Source of the DNA: a virus
Lineage: Duplodnaviria > Heunggongvirae > Uroviricota > Caudoviricetes
DNA: 41,687 bases
Strand: one strand, 5' to 3'
Virus record (IMG/VR): IMGVR_UViG_637000104_000001
Shown: positions 34,132-41,687 of the stretch, in pieces
How the letters are laid out: each line of letters begins with the position of its first letter
Numbering within the stretch: the stretch's first letter is position 1
Position numbers and translations under genes: made by a program
The notes under the pieces: generated by a model
Seen by the model: only the letters and a program-made list of their open reading frames with translations
Database searches by the model: none
What the model was told of the DNA's origin: nothing

Positions 34132-34875
34132 ATGACACAGACAGAATCAGCGATTCTGGCGCACGCCCGGCGATGTGCGCCAGCGGAGTCGTGCGGCTTC
34201 GTGGTAAGCACGCCGGAGGGGGAAAGATATTTCCCCTGCGTGAATATCTCCGGTGAGCCGGAGGCGTATTTCCGTATGTCGCCGGAAGACTGGCTGCAGG
34301 CAGAAATGCAGGGTGAGATTGTGGCGCTGGTCCACAGTCACCCCGGTGGTCTGCCCTGGCTGAGTGAGGCCGACCGGCGGCTGCAGGTGCAGAGTGATTT
34401 GCCGTGGTGGCTGGTCTGCCGGGGGGCGATTCATAAGTTCCGCTGTGTGCCGCATCTCACCGGGCGGCGCTTTGAGCACGGGGTGACGGACTGTTACACG
34501 CTGTTCCGGGATGCTTATCATCTGGCGGGGATTGAGATGCCGGATTTTCATCGCGAGGATGACTGGTGGCGTCACGGTCAGAATCTCTATCTGGATAATC
34601 TGGAGGCCACAGGGCTGTATCAGGTGCCGTTGTCATCAGCACAACCGGGCGATGTGCTGCTGTGCTGTTTTGGTTCATCGGTGCCGAATCATGCCGCCAT
34701 TTACTGTGGTGATGGCGAGCTGCTGCACCATATTCCTGAACAACTGAGCAAACGAGAGAGGTATACCGACAAATGGCAGCGACGCACACACTCCCTCTGG
34801 CGTCACCGGGCATGGCGCGCATCTGCCTTTACGGGGATTTGCAACGATTTGGCCGCCGCATCGACCTTCGTGTGA
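34132..34875 (+). CDS. K: Tail tip assembly protein K (JAB/MPN + NlpC/P60-like)
   Basis: HSHPGG..LSEAD JAMM-like motif; lambda gpK-like. The classical lambda annotation starts at the internal Met (34276). Confidence 0.9.
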   Translation: MTQTESAILAHARRCAPAESCGFVVSTPEGERYFPCVNISGEPEAYFRMSPEDWLQAEMQGEIVALVHSHPGGLPWLSEADRRLQVQSDLPWWLVCRGAIHKFRCVPHLTGRRFEHGVTDCYTLFRDAYHLAGIEMPDFHREDDWWRHGQNLYLDNLEATGLYQVPLSSAQPGDVLLCCFGSSVPNHAAIYCGDGELLHHIPEQLSKRERYTDKWQRRTHSLWRHRAWRASAFTGICNDLAAASTFV

Positions 34876-35444
34876 AAACGGGGGCTGAAGCCATCCGCGC
34901 ACTGGCCACACAGCTCCCGGTGTTTCGTCAGAAACTGAGCGACGGCTGGTATCAGGTACGGATTGCCGGGCGGGACGTCAGCACGTCCGGGTTAACGGCG
35001 CAGTTACATGAGACTCTGCCTGATGGCGCTGTGATTCATATTGTTCCCAGAGTCGCCGGGGCCAAGTCAGGTGGCGTATTCCAGATTGTCCTGGGGGCTG
35101 CCGCCATTGCCGGATCATTCTTTACCGCCGGAGCCACCCTTGCAGCATGGGGGGCAGCCATTGGGGCCGGTGGTATGACCGGCATCCTGTTTTCTCTCGG
35201 TGCCAGTATGGTGCTCGGTGGTGTGGCGCAGATGCTGGCACCGAAAGCCAGAACTCCCCGTACACAGACAACGGATAACGGCAAACAGAACACCTATTTC
35301 TCCTCACTGGATAACATGGTTGCCCAGGGCAATGTTCTGCCCGTTCTGTACGGTGAAATGCGCGTGGGGTCACGCGTGGTTTCTCAGGAGATCAGCACGG
35401 CAGACGAAGGGGACGGTGGTCAGGTTGTGGTGATTGGTCGCTGA
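34773..35444 (+). CDS. I: Tail tip assembly protein I
   Basis: 223 aa, overlaps K as in lambda; Gly/Ala-rich C-terminus. Confidence 0.9.
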   Translation: MAATHTLPLASPGMARICLYGDLQRFGRRIDLRVKTGAEAIRALATQLPVFRQKLSDGWYQVRIAGRDVSTSGLTAQLHETLPDGAVIHIVPRVAGAKSGGVFQIVLGAAAIAGSFFTAGATLAAWGAAIGAGGMTGILFSLGASMVLGGVAQMLAPKARTPRTQTTDNGKQNTYFSSLDNMVAQGNVLPVLYGEMRVGSRVVSQEISTADEGDGGQVVVIGR

Positions 35445-35504
35445 TGCAAAATGTTTTATGTGAAACCGCCTGCGGGCGGTTTTGTCGTTTACGGAGCGTG
35501 AGGA

Positions 35505-38500
35505 ATGGGTAAAGGCAGCAGTAAGGGGCATACCCCGCGCGAAGCGAAGGACAACCTGAAGTCCACGCAGTTGCTGAGTGTGATCGATGCCATCAGCGAA
35601 GGGCCGGTTGAAGGTCCGGTGGATGGATTAAAAAGCGTGCTGCTGAACAGTACGCCGGTGCTGGACACTGAGGGGAATACCAACATATCCGGTGTCACGG
35701 TGGTGTTCCGGGCAGGTGAGCAGGAGCAGACTCCGCCGGAGGGGTTTGAATCCTCCGGTTCCGAGACGGTGCTCGGTACAGAAGTGAAATATGACACGCC
35801 GATCACCCGGACCATCACGTCGGCAAACATTGACCGTCTGCGTTTTACTTTCGGCGTGCAGACACTGGTGGAAACCACCTCAAAGGGGGACAGGAATCCG
35901 TCGGAAGTCCGCCTGCTGGTTCAGATACAGCGTAACGGTGGCTGGGTGACGGAAAAAGACATCACCATTAAGGGCAAAACCACCTCGCAGTATCTGGCCT
36001 CGGTGGTGGTGGGTAACCTGCCGCCGCGCCCGTTTAATATCCGGATGCGCAGGATGACGCCGGACAGCACCACAGACCAGCTGCAGAACAAAACGCTCTG
36101 GTCGTCATACACCGAAATCATCGATGTGAAACAGTGCTACCCGAACACGGCACTGGTCGGCGTGCAGGTGGACTCGGAACAGTTCGGCAGTCAGCAGGTG
36201 AGCCGTAATTATCATCTTCGCGGGCGCATTCTGCAGGTGCCGTCGAACTATAACCCGCAGACGCGGCAATACAGCGGTATCTGGGACGGAACGTTTAAGC
36301 CAGCATACAGCAACAACATGGCCTGGTGTCTGTGGGATATGCTGACCCATCCGCGCTACGGCATGGGGAAACGTCTCGGTGCGGCGGATGTGGACAAATG
36401 GGCGCTGTATGTCATCGGCCAGAATTGCGACCAGTCGGTGCCGGATGGCTTTGGTGGCACGGAGCCGCGCATCACCTGTAATGCCTGGCTGACCACACAG
36501 CGTAAGGCGTGGGATGTGCTCAGTGATTTCTGCTCGGCGATGCGCTGTATGCCGGTATGGAACGGACAGACGCTGACATTCGTGCAGGACCGACCATCGG
36601 ATAAGGTGTGGACCTATAACTGCAGTAATGTGGTGATGCCGGATGATGGTGCGCCGTTCCGCTACAGCTTCAGCGCCCTGAAAGACCGGCATAATGCCGT
36701 TGAGGTGAACTGGATTGACCCGGATAACGGCTGGGAGACGGCGACAGAGCTTGTGGAGGACACGCAGGCCATTGCCCGTTACGGTCGTAACGTCACGAAG
36801 ATGGATGCCTTTGGCTGTACCAGTCGGGGGCAGGCACACCGCGCCGGGCTGTGGCTGATTAAAACGGAGCTGCTGGAAACGCAGACCGTGGACTTCAGCG
36901 TGGGCGCAGAAGGGCTTCGCCATGTACCGGGCGATGTCATTGAAATCTGCGATGATGACTATGCGGGTATCAGCATCGGCGGGCGCGTGCTGGCGGTGAA
37001 CAGCCAGGCGCGGACACTGACGCTCGACCGTGAAATCATGCTGCCATCCTCCGGCACCACGCTGATAAGCCTGGTTGACGGAAATGGCAATCCGGTCAGC
37101 GTGGAGGTCCAGTCCGTCACCGACGGCGTGAAGGTGAAAGTTAGCCGTGTTCCTGACGGCGTTGCCGGATACAGCGTGTGGGGGCTGAAGCTGCCGACGC
37201 TGCGCCAGCGCCTGTTCCGCTGCGTGAGTATCCGTGAGAACGACGACGGCACGTATGCCATCACCGCCGTGCAGCATGTACCGGAAAAAGAAGCCATCGT
37301 GGATAACGGGGCGCACTTTGACGGCGACCAGAGCGGCACGGTGAATGGTGTCACGCCGCCAGCAGTGCAGCACCTGACTGCCGAAGTCACCGCAGACAGC
37401 GGGGAGTATCAGGTACTGGCCCGCTGGGACACGCCGAAGGTGGTGAAGGGCGTGAGTTTCATGCTTCGCCTGACCGTGGCAGCGGATGACGGCAGTGAGC
37501 GGCTGGTCAGCACAGCCCGGACGGCGGAAACCACATACCGCTTCACACAACTGGCGCTGGGGAACTACAGGCTGACAGTCCGGGCAGTAAATGCGTGGGG
37601 GCAGCAGGGCGATCCGGCATCGGTATCGTTCCGGATTGCCGCACCGGCAGCGCCGTCGCAGATTGAGCTGACACCGGGGTATTTTCAGATAACCGCCACG
37701 CCGCATCTTGCGGTTTATGATCCGACGGTACAGTTTGAGTTCTGGTTCTCGGAAAAGCGGATTGCGGATATCAGGCAGGTTGAAACCACAGCACGCTATC
37801 TTGGCACGGCGCTGTACTGGATAGCCGCCAGTATCAATATCAAACCGGGCCATGATTATTATTTTTACATCCGCAGTGTGAACACCGTTGGCAAATCGGC
37901 ATTTGTGGAGGCTGTTGGCCAGCCGAGTGATGATGCATCCGGCTATCTGAATTTTTTCAAAGGAGAGATAGGGAAAACCCATCTGGCTCAGGAGTTGTGG
38001 ACGCAGATTGATAACGGTCAGCTTGCGCCTGACCTGGCTGAAATCAGGACGTCCATTACGGGTGTCAGCAATGAAATCACGCAGACCGTCAATAAGAAAC
38101 TGGAAGACCAGAGTGCAGCGATCCAGCAGATACAGAAGGTTCAGGTTGATACAAATAATAACCTGAACAGCATGTGGGCTGTGAAGCTGCAGCAGATGCA
38201 GGACGGACGCCTTTATATCGCGGGTATTGGTGCCGGTATTGAGAATACTCCTGACGGTATGCAGAGTCAGGTGCTGCTGGCGGCGGACAGGATTGCGATG
38301 ATTAATCCTGCGAATGGCAACACAAAGCCGATGTTTGTTGGGCAGGGCGATCAGATATTCATGAACGAAGTGTTCCTGAAATATCTGACGGCTCCCACCA
38401 TTACCAGCGGTGGCAATCCCCCAACGTTTTCACTGACACCTGATGGTCGACTTTCTGCGAAAAATGCGGATATCAGCGGTAACGTGAACGCGAACTCCGG

Positions 38501-38987
38501 GACGCTCAACAACGTCACGATTAATCAGAACTGTCGGATTCTGGGAAAACTGTCAGCTAACCAGATTGAAGGTGATATTGTCAAAACGGTGGGAAAAGCC
38601 TTTCCGAGAAATGGCAGTTATGCCAGCGGTACAATAACGGTCACTGTGTGCGATGACCAGGCTTTTGACCGTCAGATAGTAGTCCCCCCCGTTCTGTTTC
38701 GTGGGGGTAAGCATGAAAACTTCAACAGCAACAACCAACAGTCATACTGGTATTCAACCTGTAAGCTGCAGGTACTGAAGAACGGACAGGAAATCTTTCA
38801 GCAACCCGCGACGGATGTCAGCAGGGTATTTTCATCAGTCATTGATATGCCTGCCGGACACGGCCATGTCACCCTGACTTTCAATGTTTCTTCATATGGT
38901 GCTAATAACTGGACGCCAACGACCAGTATCAGCGACCTTCTTGTTGTTGTGATGAAGAAATCTACAGCCGGTATCAGTATCAGTTGA
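35505..38987 (+). CDS. J: Central tail fibre / host specificity protein J (1160 aa)
   Basis: Lambda gpJ-like over most of its length; 28 aa longer than lambda J and the C-terminal end is not recognised as the lambda sequence. Confidence 0.9.
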   Translation: MGKGSSKGHTPREAKDNLKSTQLLSVIDAISEGPVEGPVDGLKSVLLNSTPVLDTEGNTNISGVTVVFRAGEQEQTPPEGFESSGSETVLGTEVKYDTPITRTITSANIDRLRFTFGVQTLVETTSKGDRNPSEVRLLVQIQRNGGWVTEKDITIKGKTTSQYLASVVVGNLPPRPFNIRMRRMTPDSTTDQLQNKTLWSSYTEIIDVKQCYPNTALVGVQVDSEQFGSQQVSRNYHLRGRILQVPSNYNPQTRQYSGIWDGTFKPAYSNNMAWCLWDMLTHPRYGMGKRLGAADVDKWALYVIGQNCDQSVPDGFGGTEPRITCNAWLTTQRKAWDVLSDFCSAMRCMPVWNGQTLTFVQDRPSDKVWTYNCSNVVMPDDGAPFRYSFSALKDRHNAVEVNWIDPDNGWETATELVEDTQAIARYGRNVTKMDAFGCTSRGQAHRAGLWLIKTELLETQTVDFSVGAEGLRHVPGDVIEICDDDYAGISIGGRVLAVNSQARTLTLDREIMLPSSGTTLISLVDGNGNPVSVEVQSVTDGVKVKVSRVPDGVAGYSVWGLKLPTLRQRLFRCVSIRENDDGTYAITAVQHVPEKEAIVDNGAHFDGDQSGTVNGVTPPAVQHLTAEVTADSGEYQVLARWDTPKVVKGVSFMLRLTVAADDGSERLVSTARTAETTYRFTQLALGNYRLTVRAVNAWGQQGDPASVSFRIAAPAAPSQIELTPGYFQITATPHLAVYDPTVQFEFWFSEKRIADIRQVETTARYLGTALYWIAASINIKPGHDYYFYIRSVNTVGKSAFVEAVGQPSDDASGYLNFFKGEIGKTHLAQELWTQIDNGQLAPDLAEIRTSITGVSNEITQTVNKKLEDQSAAIQQIQKVQVDTNNNLNSMWAVKLQQMQDGRLYIAGIGAGIENTPDGMQSQVLLAADRIAMINPANGNTKPMFVGQGDQIFMNEVFLKYLTAPTITSGGNPPTFSLTPDGRLSAKNADISGNVNANSGTLNNVTINQNCRILGKLSANQIEGDIVKTVGKAFPRNGSYASGTITVTVCDDQAFDRQIVVPPVLFRGGKHENFNSNNQQSYWYSTCKLQVLKNGQEIFQQPATDVSRVFSSVIDMPAGHGHVTLTFNVSSYGANNWTPTTSISDLLVVVMKKSTAGISIS

Positions 38988-39005
38988 ATTTTATAACCCA
39001 GATAC

Positions 39006-39030
39006 GGGCGCCAGAAATGGCGCCTTTTTT
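39006..39030 (+). terminator. Intrinsic terminator after J
   Basis: GGCGCC-AGAAAT-GGCGCC hairpin followed by TTTTTT. Confidence 0.7.
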
Positions 39031-39045
39031 ATTTGTGGAGTGAAT

Positions 39046-41106
39046 ATGGCAGTACAGATTTCAGGCGTGCTGAAAGACGGTGCAGGAAAACCGATACAGA
39101 ACTGCACCATTCAGCTCAAAGCAAAACGTAACAGCACCACGGTTGTGGTGAACACGGTGGCCTCAGAAAATCCGGATGAAGCCGGACGTTACAGCATGGA
39201 TGTCGAGTATGGCCAGTACAGCGTTATCCTGCTGGTTGAAGGTTTTCCGCCTTCACATGCCGGGGCTATCACCGTGTATGAGGATTCTAAGCCGGGGACA
39301 TTGAATGATTTTCTGGGCGCTGCAACAGAAGATGATGTTCGTCCGGAGGCACTGTATCGTTTTGAAAAGATGGTGGAAGAGGTGGCACGCAACGCTGAAG
39401 CCGCCTCTCAGAGCGCAGCGGCAGCAAAGAAATCAGAAACAGCAGCGGCATCGTCCAGGAATGCGGCGAAAACATCAGAGACGAATGCAGGTAACAGCGC
39501 GAAAGCGGCAGCTTCTTCAAAAACAGCCGCACAAAACGCAGCAACAGCGGCAGAACGTTCAGAGACAAATGCCCGTGCGTCAGAAGAAGCCTCCGCAGAC
39601 AGTGAAGAGGCTTCCCGCCGTAATGCAGAGTCAGCCGCTGAAAATGCCGGAGTCGCCACCACAAAAGCGCGGGAGGCCGCAGCAGACGCAACAAAGGCCG
39701 GGCAGAAAAAGGATGAGGCTCTGTCGGCAGCGACACGGGCTGAAAAGGCGGCAGACCGCGCAGAAGTCGCAGCGGAAGTGACTGCAGAGCCCTATGCGAA
39801 TATAGTGCCGCCGCTGCCTGATGTGTGGATACCGTTTAACGATTCACTGGATATGATTGCGGGTTTTTCTCCGGGCTATAAAAAAATAGCTATTGGTGAC
39901 GATGTGGTTCAGGTCGCCAGTGATAAACAGGTTAATTTCAGTCGCGCATCAACGGCAACATATATCAACAAATCTGGCGAACTGAAAACGGCGGAAATTA
40001 ATGAGCCGCGATTTGAGTGTGATGGCCTGCTTATTGAGGGACAAAGAACGAACTACATGCTCAATTCGGAAAGTCCAGCCAGCTGGGGGAAGTCATCAAA
40101 CATGGATGTGCCCGAAACCGGGACGGATAGTTTTGGTTTTACTTATGGAAAGTTTGTCTGCAACGATTCTCTGGTTGGGCAAACTTCGGCTATTAATATG
40201 GCATCAATTGCTGCAACAAAGTCAGTTGATGTCTCAGGCGATAACAAGTACGTGACAACCTCATGCCGTTTTAAAACAGAACGACAGGTAAGGTTACGTA
40301 TACGGTTTGATAAGTATGATGGTAGTGCAACAACTTTTCTTGGCGATGCGTACATTGATACGCAAACGCTTGAAATTAATATGACAGGTGGTGCTGCCGG
40401 CAGAATTACGGCACGAGTCAGGAAGGATAAGACCACAGGCTGGATTTTTGCAGAGGCAACGATTCAGGCAATTGATGGTGAGTTAAAAATAGGCTCTCAG
40501 ATACAGTATTCTCCTGAGCAGGGTGGGGCAACAGTATCTGGTGACTATATTTATCTTGCCACCCCACAAGTAGAGAATGGGCCGTGTGTATCATCATTTA
40601 TTATTTCAGGAGGCAGCGCAACGACAAGAGCCAGTGATTTGGTTAGTATCCCCACCAGAAATAATCTTTATAAGTTACCATTTACTTTTTTACTTGAGAT
40701 TCATAAAAACTGGGATATTGCACCAAACGCCGCACCCCGCGTGTGGGATATAGCAGCAGCCAATACCGGGCAATCAGCAATTGCAGCAATCAACAGAGGT
40801 AGTGGTAAGTTATATATGAGTCTGTCAAACCCTTCAGGCTCGTATGTTAATAGCGCAGCGACAGATGTATTTGCAGAGAAAACCACATTTGGATGTATTG
40901 CAAAAGCTGATGGTCACTTTCATGTGGTGACAAATGGTAAAGCGGTTAATGAAGTTTATTGTGAATATAATGGCGTGACCGCTGATAAAAATATCCGATT
41001 TGGAGGGCAGACGAATACTGGAGAACGACATCTGTTTGGCCATATTCGCAATTTCCGCATATGGCATAAAGAATTAAATGACAGGCAATTAAAAGAGGTC
41101 GTATGA
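39046..41106 (+). CDS. stf: Side tail fibre protein (lambda Stf-like N-terminus, Ala-rich repeat shaft, unfamiliar C-terminal globular domain)
   Basis: N-terminus MAV.ISGVLKDG.GKP.QNCTIQLKA.RNSTTVVVNTV.SENPDEAGRYSMDVEYGQYSVIL matches lambda Stf; GGAG RBS; start at ATG 39046. Confidence 0.85.
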   Translation: MAVQISGVLKDGAGKPIQNCTIQLKAKRNSTTVVVNTVASENPDEAGRYSMDVEYGQYSVILLVEGFPPSHAGAITVYEDSKPGTLNDFLGAATEDDVRPEALYRFEKMVEEVARNAEAASQSAAAAKKSETAAASSRNAAKTSETNAGNSAKAAASSKTAAQNAATAAERSETNARASEEASADSEEASRRNAESAAENAGVATTKAREAAADATKAGQKKDEALSAATRAEKAADRAEVAAEVTAEPYANIVPPLPDVWIPFNDSLDMIAGFSPGYKKIAIGDDVVQVASDKQVNFSRASTATYINKSGELKTAEINEPRFECDGLLIEGQRTNYMLNSESPASWGKSSNMDVPETGTDSFGFTYGKFVCNDSLVGQTSAINMASIAATKSVDVSGDNKYVTTSCRFKTERQVRLRIRFDKYDGSATTFLGDAYIDTQTLEINMTGGAAGRITARVRKDKTTGWIFAEATIQAIDGELKIGSQIQYSPEQGGATVSGDYIYLATPQVENGPCVSSFIISGGSATTRASDLVSIPTRNNLYKLPFTFLLEIHKNWDIAPNAAPRVWDIAAANTGQSAIAAINRGSGKLYMSLSNPSGSYVNSAATDVFAEKTTFGCIAKADGHFHVVTNGKAVNEVYCEYNGVTADKNIRFGGQTNTGERHLFGHIRNFRIWHKELNDRQLKEVV

Positions 41107-41381
41107 AAGATTTAACTTTGAAGTTTTATGACAAACTGCAGTTTAAGGCCTTCCTGTCATCTCTTGGCTGGGCGGAAGATGAAGACCTCCAGAATAAACT
41201 GTTAGTTGATGAAATTGGTTTCACCTACACAGAAACAGGGGTAACAGAAGAGGGAGAACCTGTCTGTATCCGGAATGATGGTTATTTTGTCAACATTCGC
41301 ATTCTTGATGACTTGTTTGATGTTTCTGTATTCTCTGATTATGTCGTGGAGCTGGAAACACCGCTTCGGGAATGGAGCTGA
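41103..41381 (+). CDS. Hypothetical acidic protein, 92 aa, translationally coupled to stf
   Basis: ATGA overlap with the stf stop; no similarity to canonical Tfa recognised. Confidence 0.4.
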   Translation: MKDLTLKFYDKLQFKAFLSSLGWAEDEDLQNKLLVDEIGFTYTETGVTEEGEPVCIRNDGYFVNIRILDDLFDVSVFSDYVVELETPLREWS

Positions 41382-41393
41382 AAGGAGGAAATA

Positions 41394-41687
41394 ATGGATA
41401 TAAGCCCCTTACTTCATGCACTTTGTGCTGTGGCTGCGCAGATACTGGTTGGTCTTTTTACCGGAAACTGGGCTTACGGAGCGATAGCCGGTTGTACGTT
41501 CTTCATTGCGCGTGAACATACCCAGGCAGAATATCGCTGGATTGAAATGTTCGGGCATGGCAAGCGAATGAATATGCCGTGGTGGGGCGGTTTTGATCCG
41601 CGTGCTTGGGATGTGGCAAGCCTGATGGATTTTGCTGTGCCGGTGGTGGCGTGTCTGCTGGTCTGGCTGTTGGTTAATCGTGGGTGA
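41394..41687 (+). CDS. Small membrane protein, 97 aa (two predicted TM helices)
   Basis: Hydrophobic segments LLHALCAVAAQILVGLFTG and FAVPVVACLLVWLLV; RBS AGGAGG upstream; stop at the window end. Confidence 0.4.
   Translation: MDISPLLHALCAVAAQILVGLFTGNWAYGAIAGCTFFIAREHTQAEYRWIEMFGHGKRMNMPWWGGFDPRAWDVASLMDFAVPVVACLLVWLLVNRG

Noticed and set aside
36105-37982. 625-aa ORF on the minus strand inside J
   Set aside because: Entirely antisense to the lambda-like J gene in a GC-rich region; Arg/Pro/Cys-rich translation typical of shadow ORFs, with no RBS evidence.
39400-39780. Repetitive Ala/Ser/Glu-rich stretch in stf considered as a DNA tandem repeat element
   Set aside because: It is in-frame coding sequence for a low-complexity fibre shaft; periodicity is at the protein level.

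Overview
The window is a nearly complete lambdoid (E. coli-type) prophage, read from the integrase stop codon at nt 1-3 to the tail-fibre region at the window end. Identifications rest on reading the supplied ORF translations against remembered lambda, phage 21 and DLP12 proteins; no database search was run. Order: int (split by a 1954-bp IS21-family, IS100-like element with a 5-bp CCTGG target duplication), xis, small ea-type ORFs, exo/bet/gam, kil-position ORF, oL/pL, an intrinsic terminator, a two-gene GNAT-like + ASCH cargo module in the rexAB-equivalent slot, cI-like S24 repressor, oR, cro-like, cII-like, O with an iteron origin, P, an antisense two-gene cassette (small soluble protein + 3-TM membrane protein), ninB/ninE/ybcO-like/rusA/ylcG, Q (QuuD type), an antisense porin gene, a tR'-like terminator, pinholin/SAR endolysin/Rz/Rz1, bor, a lipoprotein, small ORFs, cos, lambda-like head and tail genes Nu1 to J, a terminator, a side tail fibre with an unfamiliar C-terminus, and two small downstream ORFs. 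No rRNA, tRNA or CRISPR was seen. The most interesting candidates for an undescribed system are the two cargo cassettes (7228-8656 and 12130-12932); neither is recognised as a named system.
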